From: Pseudovirgaria hyperparasitica | Taxonomy: Eukaryota | Reading direction: 5' to 3' (one strand) | Assembly: GCA_010093815.1 (NCBI GenBank) | Contig: ML996571.1 | Length of the DNA stretch: 64,000 nucleotides | Part shown: one piece after another, positions 41,270 through 53,790 of the stretch | Layout: the number at the start of each line of letters is the position of its first letter | Numbering within the stretch: position 1 is the stretch's first letter | Notes under the pieces: generated by a model | The model's database searches: none | What the model was told of the DNA's origin: nothing | Seen by the model: only the letters and a program-made list of their open reading frames with translations | Position numbers and translations under genes: made by a program

Positions 41270-44200
41270 TAGAAGGAGATGTCGATTCTAGGGAAACGCA
41301 AATATTCTTCTCTATTAAAGTCTTGCGGAGTAGGAATTACCACTTCCACCCGGGTTTATATGGCGTCGTCGAGGTATTCCGTAAGTTATTTATAATAGTT
41401 TTCCTTATCACTACTCTCCTTATTTTCCTTGGTAATTCTTCTAATTAGTGGTCGCAAGGGCTCGTCGTAACTCTCGTTACTTATATTTCTTATAAAATAT
41501 TTCTTTAACCTATGGCTAGGAAACGTCCCTCTAAGTATAGCTCTATTAAGCTCCGCGAGCTTATAAGTATAATTAAACACGGACTAGATTCTATATAGCC
41601 CCCTCTAATGCTACCTTAGCTTCCGCCCTATATCCTTCTATCGCTATAAGTTATATAGAAGGATAATTATATTAACTAGTAACGAATCTTAACGAAGGTA
41701 ATGGTCGTTATTCTATACCTCTCTCGATTCCTCACGCGTTCGTGTCGTGTAGGTATAGGCCTCCTTAAGATCCTTAGATCTTCTCTTAAGTTATCTAGCT
41801 TAAAGAGCGAGTAAGTCGGACGTCGATTGCACCTCGTCCTAAGGGAGTATTTAGAGCGACTCGAATTCGACTTCGATAGGCATGATTAGTTTATAGCCGA
41901 GCACGAGGTATACGGTACTATACCCTATGCTAGCACGTATTATTATTCTATCTACCTAGATAACCGCATGGAGGTGGCCGGGCTAGTTCTTGAATCCGCT
42001 ATTAGTTATCTTCGCGAGAGTATTAGTAAGTAGTATAAAACTTCTCTTAATAATCCTATTTACTCAGGGATTATATATAGACGTAACCTTCTAATAAATT
42101 CTATAGAGTCGGAGGAGCTCCTCTATAGCACCCACATTTTCTCTACTACCGTTATAGGTGATTTTAGGAATAATTCTATATCTATAGATTACGTTCTTAA
42201 AGAGGAACTTTATAACGACTATGGACGTAGCCGCCGTATATACCTCTGCCTTAGTCCATCCGCTTAGCTATTCTTATATAGATACTACTTTACTATACCC
42301 TATAGAAGGTAGTAGCGTCGTTACGTCTAAGTATATTCTTTACTAAAGAATAGGCGTTATAACGTAGTAGAGCCCTTTATTAAGACCTCTAAGGAGTTTA
42401 CTTTATCGTTAATATTTATTATAGGTTTTCACGTGCTATCGCACGTCTCTACGTATACCTATCTACTAATACTTATCCTTAATTCTTCTAAGGGTCCCTT
42501 CGCTACCTCTATGATTTATCTTATTATAAGTAGCGGTAATTATACGCGCCCTAGTATTCGGATCCTTAATTACTCGTGTATATTAGCGATGTCTATCTCC
42601 TCTCCGCTAGAGTATTCGGTTATATATAAGGAACTTTAGGTAGTCGGTTATAAAGGCCTTATACGCTCGGTTAGTTAGGTTAGTTAGCCTCTCGAGTATA
42701 GTAAGGTACTTCGTAATCCTCTACTATTTATTACTATATTTATCTATTAAGGGAGACTTAATAGCGGTATAGTTAAGTATCTCTATTATATAATCTCTCC
42801 CGCTAACGGGCTTAATTAACGACGTCTCTAGTACGTCTATATATAGAGCTATATCCACGAACTCGTCTAGGTTAAAGGTAGAGATATCTAGTAGTTCTTC
42901 TCCTTCGTACATCCGTAAGATACCGTCGGCGACTATATTACGCTTCCTAGGTACGTACCTAACTATAAAGTTCCATAGCTAAATCCACGCGAGCCACCTA
43001 GTAACGAGCGCCCCTAGTAAGTTAGTTACGGTACGGTTAATTTAAGCGACTAGAGTATTCGCGTCTATTTCTATAATAAAGTATATACTATAGAGGTATT
43101 ACCGGAACTTCTATAATGCGTAGAGGAGGGCTCGGTACTCTAGCTTCACGGTATCGTAGTTTCTCTTAGCTTTTAACTATATTCCTCTATTATACCGCGA
43201 TAGCTAACGTTTATAATTCTTATTCTTCTATATTAACGTAGCTCCCCACCTAACGTTACTAGAGTCTACTACTAGAATTATATCTCCCGTATCTATCCCG
43301 TACTATAACGTTATTAGTGCGGGAGTAGTAGTTAGAGCTATCTTTAGCGCGTCCATCGAGGTCTACTCCTTAGCTATCTACTACTAGGCCGATTCATTCT
43401 TTAATAGTATAAATAGCGGCGATGTGATAATAGCGTACCCGGGGATCTATATCCGGAAATATATATAAACGCTAAGAAAGGCTCGCATATTTATCGTGTT
43501 TTTATAGGGTTTCCAGTCCCTAATAGTAGTAACCTTTTTATTACTCGGTCGCCTCCCTTTAATATCGTAGACGTATTCTATAATATTAGCGGCTTTAACA
43601 TACTACTAAGTCTTCTTACTACTTAGGGCGTATCTAGCGCGCTCTATATCCGCGAGAACCTTATCCACGTTAATTAAATGTTCTAGAATATATCTATAAA
43701 TTCTAGGTAGGGCCTCCTTAGAGTTATATTTCGTCGTAGGTCCTTTAATACCTAAGTTATCTAGGAATAGTAGAGCCCTCTCCGGGATGTATTCTTATAT
43801 AATAGTTAACATAATTCTAATGAACTAAGCTACTAAATTAGTGGCCCCTTAAGGTAATGTTATCCCGCGTAGTAATCCTAGGGGCGTTATAAACCCCGTT
43901 AAGTCTCGGTAATACTCTACTAATAGAATCTAATCGTATTCTAAGAAGAAGTCGATAAACGTTAAGACGGCTATCCCCGTGAAGTACTCCGAGAACTCTT
44001 TATATAAGGGCGGCGTGGCCGTATTATAAATAGTAACTCGGTTGATTTCTATCGCTAAATTAATTAACCTATAATCTCGTTCCTTATTAGCTACCTTCTT
44101 CTTTTCCACGAGAAAATAGGCGTTTTAATAAGGACTACTATAGGGCTCGAGCCTTCTACTATTAAGACGCTCTTTTAGAATCATAAGTACCTTCCTATAA

Positions 44201-47200
44201 AGGGCTCTAGAAATATTAAAGTTCTTAGTCTACCATGCCTTATGTTCTACCGTTCGGATCTCCTACGGAGGTACCACCTCTTTATTAAATTTACTAAGGT
44301 ATAAGAATTCCTATACTAGTACTTCCTCGCGATATAATAAGATCATATATAGTAACTTAAGTTCCGCGGGACGTAGCTCTATTCTAATCTTTAGCTAACT
44401 TATACGTAGAGGCGTTAGACGTGTTCCTAGCGGGATAGTTACCCGTTAAGACTCTATTAGCCTATTAAACGCGTTAAGGCCTAGGTAGACGGCTAGAAGA
44501 AGTACCTACCGTGCGATTACTCGTTTACACTAGTCTAGATACCCTAATAGATTCCTAGGAACCTTTCGGTGGGCTTCGGAGTCATCCACGGGGTGTACTT
44601 TAACTCCCTTTCTTTTATATATAGTAGCTATACTAAATCCCTTTAATACCCCGGATAAATACCGTCTTTAGAGGCCGGTAGAGCCTACTATAAGCCATTC
44701 TATTATCATACCTTATTTATATACAAAGGCAGCATACCTTACCGCCATAACTAGAGCGGCTAAGTCATCTTTTCTCAATAACCAAGTAACATTTTCAGGC
44801 CGGATTTTCTCGGAAAGCAACTCTATATAACTCATTTCTATATCCATATAAAAATATAGCCTATCCCCTTCGTTAGTAGGTTTACCGGACTCTATTTAGT
44901 GCGGATTATTAGTTAAGGGTAGCCCTTAACTAATAATCCGGCTTAACTCCGGCTTCCGGCGATATACTCCGCTATATAGTTAGTCTCTAGCTACGGAGTT
45001 ACCCTCCTTCTCTAAGACTAGAATATACTCGTCTAGACTAGTTTCGAAGGTTATACGTTCTTATCTATATACGGAGTAGACTATTAAGAGTACTTACCTA
45101 GAGGCTAACCTCTATACCGTAAGTAAGGCCTATCTAGTATATGGCTCCCCTAGAATAAGGTTATAATTAAGTTCGCTATATACGAATATCAAAGTAGCTA
45201 TAACGATCCGACCTATACGGATAGGGTATTACTATACTATTCCTACGAATAGAGTACTATACTAAGTAGCGCTAACTAAACTCGAGTTCTTTATATATAA
45301 TAGAAGCGAAGATATTACTAGCCCGAGACGCCTCGTAGTATCTAGTCGAATACTATTTACCTATGCGCCACTATCGAATAGTACTATACTAGTCGCCCTT
45401 TTAGGACTAACTTCTACGGGGTACCTCAGACACTCAGCCACTAGCCTTACTATCCCTTCCTTAAGCTAATTAATATCTCGTTACGTGATAGCCGTCCCTA
45501 TAGTATAGAGGGGTACTAATATATTAAGTTTATTTATCTCGGGAGCCATAGTATAGTTATTTCTTCCTTTCTTCTTAGCTCTCTCTTCTTAAGTCTTATA
45601 GACCTCTCTAGCTATAAAGTCGGGGGCGCCCTTCTCGAATACCGCACGATATAAGTTACTATTAAGGCTTAATAGTTCGCTAATAGTAATATTCATGGTT
45701 ATCCCTAGAACGCGCACTAGCTATACTTCGCTAGCTTCTATACTTAGTCACTATCCTTCGCGTAGATAGTCATTAAGCTTAACGTCTCGGATACGTGCCT
45801 TTTAACTAGGATTTAGGCTATCCCCTTTATCTATCTTATCCTCCAGCGCCATTAGCTCTTATTTAGACGTTCCCTAGTCGCTACTCTTCTCGCTATCCTT
45901 CTATTCCTTAATAATCCTTATATACTACCCTTTACGTATTCCGCGGAGACGGGCGATCTTTCTTTTCTTAGTATAATTAGGTGTACTCTTCGTAATCCCC
46001 CTTCTAGATATTACGAGCATAGCGGGCTCTTCTAGAGCTATCTTCTTATAGATATATCTATTACTAGCCACGTTAAAGCGTTCATGGAATTCTATATATC
46101 TATCTTTCTTACTCTCGGGCGACGTGACTTCTTCTTCTAAATCGCTATCCGCCGAGGCCTGGTAGGGACCCTTCATAGGTTTTATACTAATACTATATAC
46201 CGGTACTCTCTATAAAGCGTTAATGTTTACTATAGACGTAGAAACCTTTACTCCTCCTCCGTACTAGCTTAGGCCGTTTTAAACCGTTACTACGTAGTTC
46301 CGGATAGCTTATAGAGTAGCTTATGGCCCTACTAAGGAGGGTAGTAATAGAATTTCTTCTCTATTTACCCCGAAACGCCCTCGGAACACTTATACCCCGT
46401 TAATATTTAGTAATCCGTCTCTAATATATCCTACTATCTCTAGACATCTATATATTAGGTAATCTCCTCTATACGTAATGTATATAATTAGTCTTTAAGG
46501 CCTATCCTAGGCTATAACGCCTCCTTAGGAGTCTCGGGTAGAGACGTATTCTCTATTCTATATATAATTCTATAGATAAACTTACGTTAGTTCTATAGGC
46601 ATGCCTTATACTTAGGGATATACTAAAAGATTTAGCCTTCGCGCCTACTAGTTAATAATAGCCGAAAGTAGCTTAGGTTCGTACTTCTTAAGGGATAGGA
46701 ATAAGAGATTAGAGGTAAAGTAGGACTTTATCTTAATTAACGTAAGGTCTAGTTTACTAAATCTCTCTACTATCTCGTTAAACTTATCCGATTCTAGCGC
46801 GACGTATACTACGACTAGAGAGGGGTGGTTAAATTCATTAGTTCTTCTTTCTTCATGTAACTACTCTTCTAAGCCGGTCTTCTTACTCCCTATCTTTGAT
46901 TTATAGTATATAGCTATGGCTAGCTCTTATGCGGCTAAGTGCTTATTAATACGAGCTAGTTCCTTAAGTGCTCTAGCCTTTCGTAATACGAAGCCATAGA
47001 TAATTACCCAATTATAACTATATGCTTCCATCGTGAGTTAACATTTCTCTATAGCCCGAGCCTTAAGACTATTAGGCAGCCCTTCTAGGAAGAGCTCTAT
47101 TCGCGAATACGAGCTTAGGCTTCCTTTAGCCGTAAGTTTCTCCGTAATAACACGATACTAGGAGTAGTACATAGAGAGAGAGTAGGATGGGTCTACTTTA

Positions 47201-47780
47201 ACCATTTCCACGTATTTTCGGACAAAGTAGATAGTGCCTTCCTCGAGGGTAGAGTTAAATAGAGAGAATTCCTTTAATAATTCTTCACGTAGCGTGGCCT
47301 ACTACTATTTCTAAAACCTACTTATTCCTTTAATAGTAGGACGGAGATAGTCCTTATAGTATAACGGTAGGGAGGTTATCTTCTTATTAGACGGAACTTC
47401 GTAGTTTATATATATGTTCTCGTACTTCCGAAGGAAGGCCGTAATGTTTATTCCTTTAAAGCGCTTAGGGGCTAGGGTAGGTAGAGGTACCATGCTTCCT
47501 TATCGCGCAAATGCTACAAAGAAGTTAAGCATCTCTCTACGAGTTACTAGGTCGTTATTTTAAGCTTCTATCGCACTATTACTAGTAGTAGGTATACTAG
47601 TAGAGACGCTAGGGGTAAGGTTATTAGTTAAGGGATTACCTTAACTAAAGGTTGGCCCAATGCGTCTACCTATAACATCTATCATCCCTTCTCTATATTA
47701 ACTAATCCCTTTATAAGGTGAACTATTACTATCGTCTTCATCGATATAAGGTTTACGGTATTCTACTTATATTATTATCT
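41270..47780 (-). pseudogene. pol: gag-pol of element D
   Basis: gag motif PKRFKGINITAFLRKYE (ORF track 47311-47493); de-RIPed CITCGGDH..C (~46480-46440), VLFDSGAQVN (~45385), FLDDLGIKGP (~43768), ILAVDSSDVGWGA (~43280), integrase core (~42330-42050) and WRGPY (~41607). Ends approximate. Confidence 0.9.
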
Positions 47781-48131
47781 TCGTGTGAGGCGTTCCTAAA
47801 GTAGTATACTTATATGGCCGTATTTATAAATGATAGCTATAGTAGCACTAAATAGGTTATATTTGTCGTTTTTAAACTCTTCTTTGCTGCTTTATCTAGC
47901 CCTATTTTATATCCTATTCCCCTAAGACATTTTCGAGTCGCACTATCACCCGTGTTAGCATGCGTATACTTTTTATAGCTACTTTTAAGAGGCTAGCCCC
48001 TAGCGACTCCGGACTCCCTGTTTTCCGGACTCGTGGCTTCGATCTAGTAAGTCTAGACTACCTTATTAGGCACGCTATATACTTCCCCTAAGCTAGTTTC
48101 GGAGTCCTAATCTCCCTCTATAAGTTTATAG

Positions 48132-48148
48132 TCCGGGTACGACCTCTA
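48132..48148 (-). promoter_or_regulatory. Primer-binding site of element D, complementary to the 3' end of tRNA-Gln
   Basis: The plus strand reads TCCGGGTACGACCT-CTA (CCA before RIP), resembling the fungal tRNA-Gln 3' end (..TCCGGGTA(A/G)GACCT-CCA, U discriminator). It lies 4 nt inside the 5' LTR. Confidence 0.7.
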
Positions 48149-49440
48149 AAATTATAGTAAGCTATTGCTACGTGTATCCCTTTTATAAATAGCTATGTTC
48201 CTAGTATAGTAGTCGACGACGAACTCACAAGTATCTCTCCCAGGTATTATGAGTTCTCTTTGAACGCACGACTTCTTATTAGTTCTCTTTTACGATAGGA
48301 CGGGTCTATATAATACTCTTAATCAATTCTTCAATAGCTAAGCCTAATAATCAATACCCATAGAGGCCCATGAACGTAAGGAAAGGTTAAATAGTCGAAT
48401 ATTAGTGATGGGGGAAGCGCGCCGAGCAGAATGACCAAGGAAAACGCCCTCCTTAAATATACAATGAAGCCATGTAATCGAGCTAGGGACACATACATGT
48501 GGGGCTGTAGGAGCGGCCTTCCATAATAGTTAGTAATTAAACGTGTCCTAGAACATAGTAATAGTATAATACTCCTTAGCCTTAGATAGAATATAGATGG
48601 TATACCCAAAGTAAAACGAAATATAAAACAGCGACTAACATATAATAGTATAGACGGCTATATATAGGTTACGCTTAAATAAATCCGTCTCTCTATCTCT
48701 AATACTATACTTACTATAACTAGTATAATAATAGTAATAGAAAGCTACCGCCTATAACGGTAGAGATACCCACGAAGATAGTATTATAGGTAGTAGATAG
48801 TATTACCTAAACGACTCGACCCTTCCTCTAGTAATACTATATATACTACTATCGGCACTTAGAAAGCCGTAAGACTAATCTATAAACTCTAAAGATAGTA
48901 ACTTTAAAAGTCTTAGAAGCACCTTAGATATAGAGGATATAGATCTCGATTATAAAGAGTAATAGAATAATAAAAAGAGTGCTAGGGGTAGTAAGAGTAG
49001 CGCGTGTATTTAGCTAAGGTAATATAATACTAATATAAGACGGGTTCTATCTATAGTATATTAGTATATGCCCGATTCTACTAGCTATATAACCGTGGCG
49101 CGCATGTTTAATCAAGATATTAACATACCGGCATAAGCCGGCGTCTACCTGTTTTATATTAGTATACGCCCGGTTCTACTAGCTATATTATTACTATGAT
49201 TATATTCGTATAAGATCTATACTAATAATTAAATATTTACTTATATACTTTACTTTCTCTATACTTTATAAAATTATATTATAATTAGTAAACGTGGTAA
49301 CTTAACCTCTACTACCTAAATATAGCTTTTAACTCTTATTACTACTAACTCCGTCTTATTACTCATGACCTAAGTCGTATATAGAAATATATAAGTATAG
49401 CGACAGTCACGACCGTCCTAGCTTAACTACTAGCTATAGA

Positions 49441-52400
49441 ATAGCTAACTATAATATATACGTACGACGTACGGAGGCCTTAAGCGTTAGCGCCTTTCTA
49501 CCATATATCTAGTATCTCTAAGGCCTACACTAACTACCTAAAATAAGTTATAGTATATATAGGGATACTATTATTAAGATAGCACGCGGAAAAGTATTAT
49601 AAGAGCTTAAAAATAGTAGTATAGATACTACTATACTTATTAGAATAGTTAAGGAAACCATTACTAAAGAATTTAATTAGTATATTACGGCTATAGATAG
49701 TAAGTTAGTACCGATAGTTATAGCTATAGATATAACGGAGGCTAAACTAGATATAGATATACTAGCTATAGATACCTAGTTATAGTCGCTATTAGAATAT
49801 AAAGAGAAAGAGAATATAGAAGATACTAAAATAGAAGACGACGTAATAAGTATACTTAGACATATATATATACTTAGTACTAGATACTAATATTAGAGTA
49901 GTATCGAAGATAGGTACGGCCATGCTCGCCGACTTAGATAATCTCTCTATAAGTACTATCGTGCCTAGTAAAGCTTATATACGCGTAAACATACTAGCTA
50001 TAGATATATAGTTATAGTTACTATCGGAACATAAAGAGAAAGTAGTTATAGAAGATACTAAAATGGAAGATAACGTAATAAGTATACTTAAATATATATA
50101 TATACTTAGTACTAGATACTAACATTAGAGTAGTATCGAAGATAGATGCGGCTATACTCGCCGACTTAGATAATCCCTCTACGAGTACCGTTATACCTAG
50201 TAAAGCTTATACACGCGTAAATATACTAGCTATAGATATATAGTTATAGTTACCGTCAGAATATAAAGAGAAAGAGAATAGAGAAGATACTAAAATAGAA
50301 GACGATATAATAAGTATACTTAGACATATATATATACTCGGTACTAGATACTAATATTAGAGTAGTATTAAAGATAGATATAGCTATAATTACTAACTTA
50401 GATAATTATATAACGGATGCCGTTATGCCTCTAGATACTAGCGAAGCTTACCTATAGTTACTAGTAGTAAAGAGGATACTCTTAAATAATATAGTAAACC
50501 CCATAGATTCTTCTAAACGCTTAAAACTAGAATATAGTATACTACTAGATATCGACTGGCGGATACTTAAGTACTAGAATCTAATCGAGTTAATAGACGA
50601 TTTATATAGTAGAAATATATTAGATATATTAGATAATACATTAGTAGACGATATTATCTTTATTATCTATTCTCTAGGTAACGAGCCTAACAAAGACGAA
50701 GTAAAACCAGATATAGATAACGATCTTCTAGTAGATAATAACCTTAGTATAAAACTTTAGGAAGTATAAGTTATACTAAGTAGCGAGTAGGAATATATAC
50801 TACTATACTAATATATCTATAGAGTATTTACCGTTAATAACTCTAATAAAGTAATCTAAGCTATCTCTTATTATACGGAAGAGATATAGTTACTTACTAT
50901 AAGTATATTTAGGCTCGCGCTAGATAATCTAACGAAGGACTTTGGCTATACACCTATTCTATATCTAGCCTTTAGTATAAGTAGGTTATATAGACTATAG
51001 GCCGGCCAATTACTCGCGGTAGTTACTATGTTTAAGTAGCGGGCGGGTCTATAAAACTACTAGATCTTAGTAGATAGTCTAGGGCTAGAGAAGACTATTA
51101 TACTTATAACGTTTATCTACCTCGCATTCTATTAGGACTTTCTACGCGATAATATAGAACTATACCTAGAAAAGTATCTACTATCGACTTAAGACCTAGG
51201 TATAGATAGAAAGTACCTAATATAATCTCTATATCTAATTAAATATCCGTGTAGCTAGACTAATAAATTTAGCAAGGTGCCCCGTCTTCAAGGACCATTT
51301 ATACTATACTATCTAAGGAACCTCCTAGTATTATATTAGCCATAGCACTTTAACTAGATATACTATAATACGGATAGTATGTTCACTAATAAAATTAATA
51401 AACGGAACCTAATAAAGATAGTAGTATGGTTAGTATACTTAAAAACCCTTCTTAACGCCCCTAATATCTAATAACTCTTGTCTATAGACGTATACTATCT
51501 AGCTAAGAGGTGCCCTAACCCCGAATAGGAACACCGTAACGATATTAGTAATCCTATAAAATATAAGACCGGCAAGAAGTATATTACTAAGGAGTAGTTG
51601 ATTTACGTTAATAAGACTACTACTATTAAATTCCCGTTATAATACGTAAAGAATAATATAGTCTATACTACCGTCTAAAGTATAGAGACCTAATATATTA
51701 TAAACTTTACTAGACGCGTGGTTCTAAAAGAGAAGAAGGCAAAAAAATTTAGCGCTAATATTATTTAAACTTATAACATGGTATTCATTAGTATATTTAT
51801 AGTAGATAAGTTCTATACCTTAAAAAAACCTATAATAAAATAGTATAGGTATACGTAACTTAATCCCTTTATATTTAGTATATAGATTAGTATAACGCCC
51901 CTCTTAAATAGTCTATTAGATATTCTATTAGCTATTGAAACGGGTATCCCGGATTGGTTATCTAACTACGTTAATAATAATACTACTAAATTGGTATTTA
52001 AGAGTATATAGAAGGGATCTATAAGAAAGATAGTTATAACATGGTCGAATAAACTCCTCTCTTAAATAAAAAACAAGCCGGCGGAGACGATAGCTAGTAT
52101 AGTTAGTATAGTATTAGAAACTATAGACGGTAAGCGTACACTATATATAGTAGTTAATTAGTATTTACTATTCGTCCTATAAAGGGGATAACTAAGTAAG
52201 TAGTTTAATAGAAAGAACTATCTATCTATAATAGTAACCCTAGTAGTAGATATTATATATATTACCGCTATAGATATAGAGAAGCGGGTCGTATAGTTAT
52301 ATAAGGATAAAGGCCAAAGGCTCCTTAAATAAGCTATTACCTAGGGTAAATTAAATAGGCTCGGGTATAACACGTACTACTATAAGGCTAGGCTAGCTAC

Positions 52401-53290
52401 TACGTATATACTACTTATATACCTTACCGATAAAAGGATAAGTAAGGAATATATTAAAATTAGGCTTATACGTCCGTTAATAGATAATAATAGTATACTA
52501 GATAGAGTAATTATTAATCCCATGCGCGAATTGCTTCCCTAGCTAGATAATAGTATATAAAAGGATATAATCTTACTAGCTTTAAAAGGAGTCGCTTCGA
52601 AGGCAAACTAGCTCCGTAAGCTTATTAATGAAAAGGTTTATAATAAAAATACTAAACGCGCGCGTTAAACGTTTACTAACTAACTAGAGAAAATTATAAT
52701 TGCATCTACTATACTAGTAACCGTAATATTCCTATATATGGTAAGTATTTACATTAGTACTTACTAGTAACATGATTTACTAATATATATATAGGCACTA
52801 CGTTTATACGTAAAATCGAAAATATTAGTATATTTACCGGCTGGCCTAAGTACGTCTAGTATAAATAAGGTATACTAAGATTTTAGGTTAAATAAGTTAG
52901 ATTCTCCGTGTATTTTACTAGCCTTAGCTTCGTAAGTCTATAAGGGATAAGATCTAATAGTTACCGGTTATATTATATTAGTAGACTAATGCCTACGTAA
53001 GGAGACGTGGCCGTAGATAAGTATAAGATATTATTACCATAGATAATATTAGCCTATAGTATATGTATATACTTTAGTTTTAGACTATTTAGAGGTTAAG
53101 AGTAGACTTACCGCGTTAGGCTAGGTAATTAAAAGCATAAGGAAATAAGCCTTAGACCTAGGAAAAGAAGATATAGCTATGGTAGCAACGACTATACCTA
53201 ATATACTAGTATTAGGCGTATACTTTAGTAATCCCATAGAGATATAGAAGTAAGTAAGGTAGTAGGTTAAGTAGCTTCTAAGAGACTAGA
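49441..53290 (+). pseudogene. SNF2-family ATPase/helicase, RIP-destroyed, intron-containing
   Basis: De-RIPed motif I ILAD..GLGKTI (51064-51100), motif II FIVDEFH (51796-51816) and motif III ISATPLLN (51886-51910); helicase-C-like end; intron GTAAGT..CTAAT..TAG at 52741-52793. Confidence 0.72.
49759..50430 (+). repeat. 232-bp tandem repeat, nearly 3 copies, in the SNF2 gene 5' part
   Basis: Units start at 49759, 49991 and 50223; each contains intron-like GTATAC..CTAA(C/T)ATTAG signals. Confidence 0.92.
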
Positions 53291-53379
53291 TAGTATAGTA
53301 GTATAAATATAAACCGCTATTTACTTATAAATATATATCTATATATATCTATATGTAAAGAGAAATAAGATATTTATTC

Positions 53380-53592
53380 TATGCTAGTATATAGTAGAAC
53401 GTTACTATATATGCCAGTATATAACGGGATATTCTAACATACGCCGGTATATTATAGGATATTCCTAGATACTTAAAATATAGTTATAATATAAAGTAGT
53501 ATCACTATTATATACCGGCATATAGTAGAACGTTACTATATATACCGGTATATAACGGGATGTTCTAACATGCGCTAGTATATAACGGGATT
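53380..53592. repeat. Intergenic array of CCGG-centred motifs (TATACCGGTATATAACGGGA-like), forming a ~130-bp duplication
   Basis: AGTAGAACGTTACTATATAT.CC.GTATATAACGGGAT.TTCTAACAT.CGC occurs at about 53393 and 53523. Confidence 0.8.
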
Positions 53593-53629
53593 AAACGTTT
53601 TCTTAACGTTTAATAGAATGATTCTAGAA

Positions 53630-53790
53630 GAATAGGGACGGCTCTAGGAGAACTAGGATAACTCCGGGAGGACTAAGATAACTTAAGAAGTACCGGGACA
53701 ACTCCGGGAGGAATGGGACAACTCTAGAAGTACCGGGACCTATTTAGGATAACTTTAGGAGTACCGGAAGACCTAGAAGTACTAGGAGCG
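53630..53790. repeat. Degenerate 20-bp tandem repeat (GGGACAACTCCGGGAGGACT)
   Basis: About 6-8 visible units, at the 3' end of the minus-strand unknown gene. Confidence 0.8.

Larger units (their letters stand above)
37085..48525 (-). mobile_element. Full-length Ylt1-like (non-chromoviral) Ty3/Gypsy LTR retrotransposon (family D), 11.4 kb, with an extra ORF
   Basis: 373-bp LTRs at 37085-37457 and 48153-48525; 4-bp TSD ATAG (37081-37084 and 48526-48529); de-RIPed RT motif FLDDLGIKGP; no chromodomain seen. Confidence 0.95.
36320..49020 (+). pseudogene. Unknown RIP-destroyed gene split by the Ylt1-like element (segments ~36320-37084 and 48526-~49020)
   Basis: The frame continues across the ATAG TSD. 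It contains about five 24-bp in-frame repeats (ATTACGACCTTATAACCTTCGCCT, 36670-36780). No family recognised. Confidence 0.4.

Noticed and set aside
48121..48150. tRNA gene
   Set aside because: Only about 17 nt of a tRNA 3' end, including the CCA position, next to an LTR; this is a primer-binding site.
2819..48609. The 12 short ORFs in the supplied track as real genes
   Set aside because: They are stop-free fragments of RIP-destroyed TE or backbone genes (e.g. 47311-47493, 41386-41580) or antisense/off-frame readings (e.g. 2819-3004, 48331-48609).
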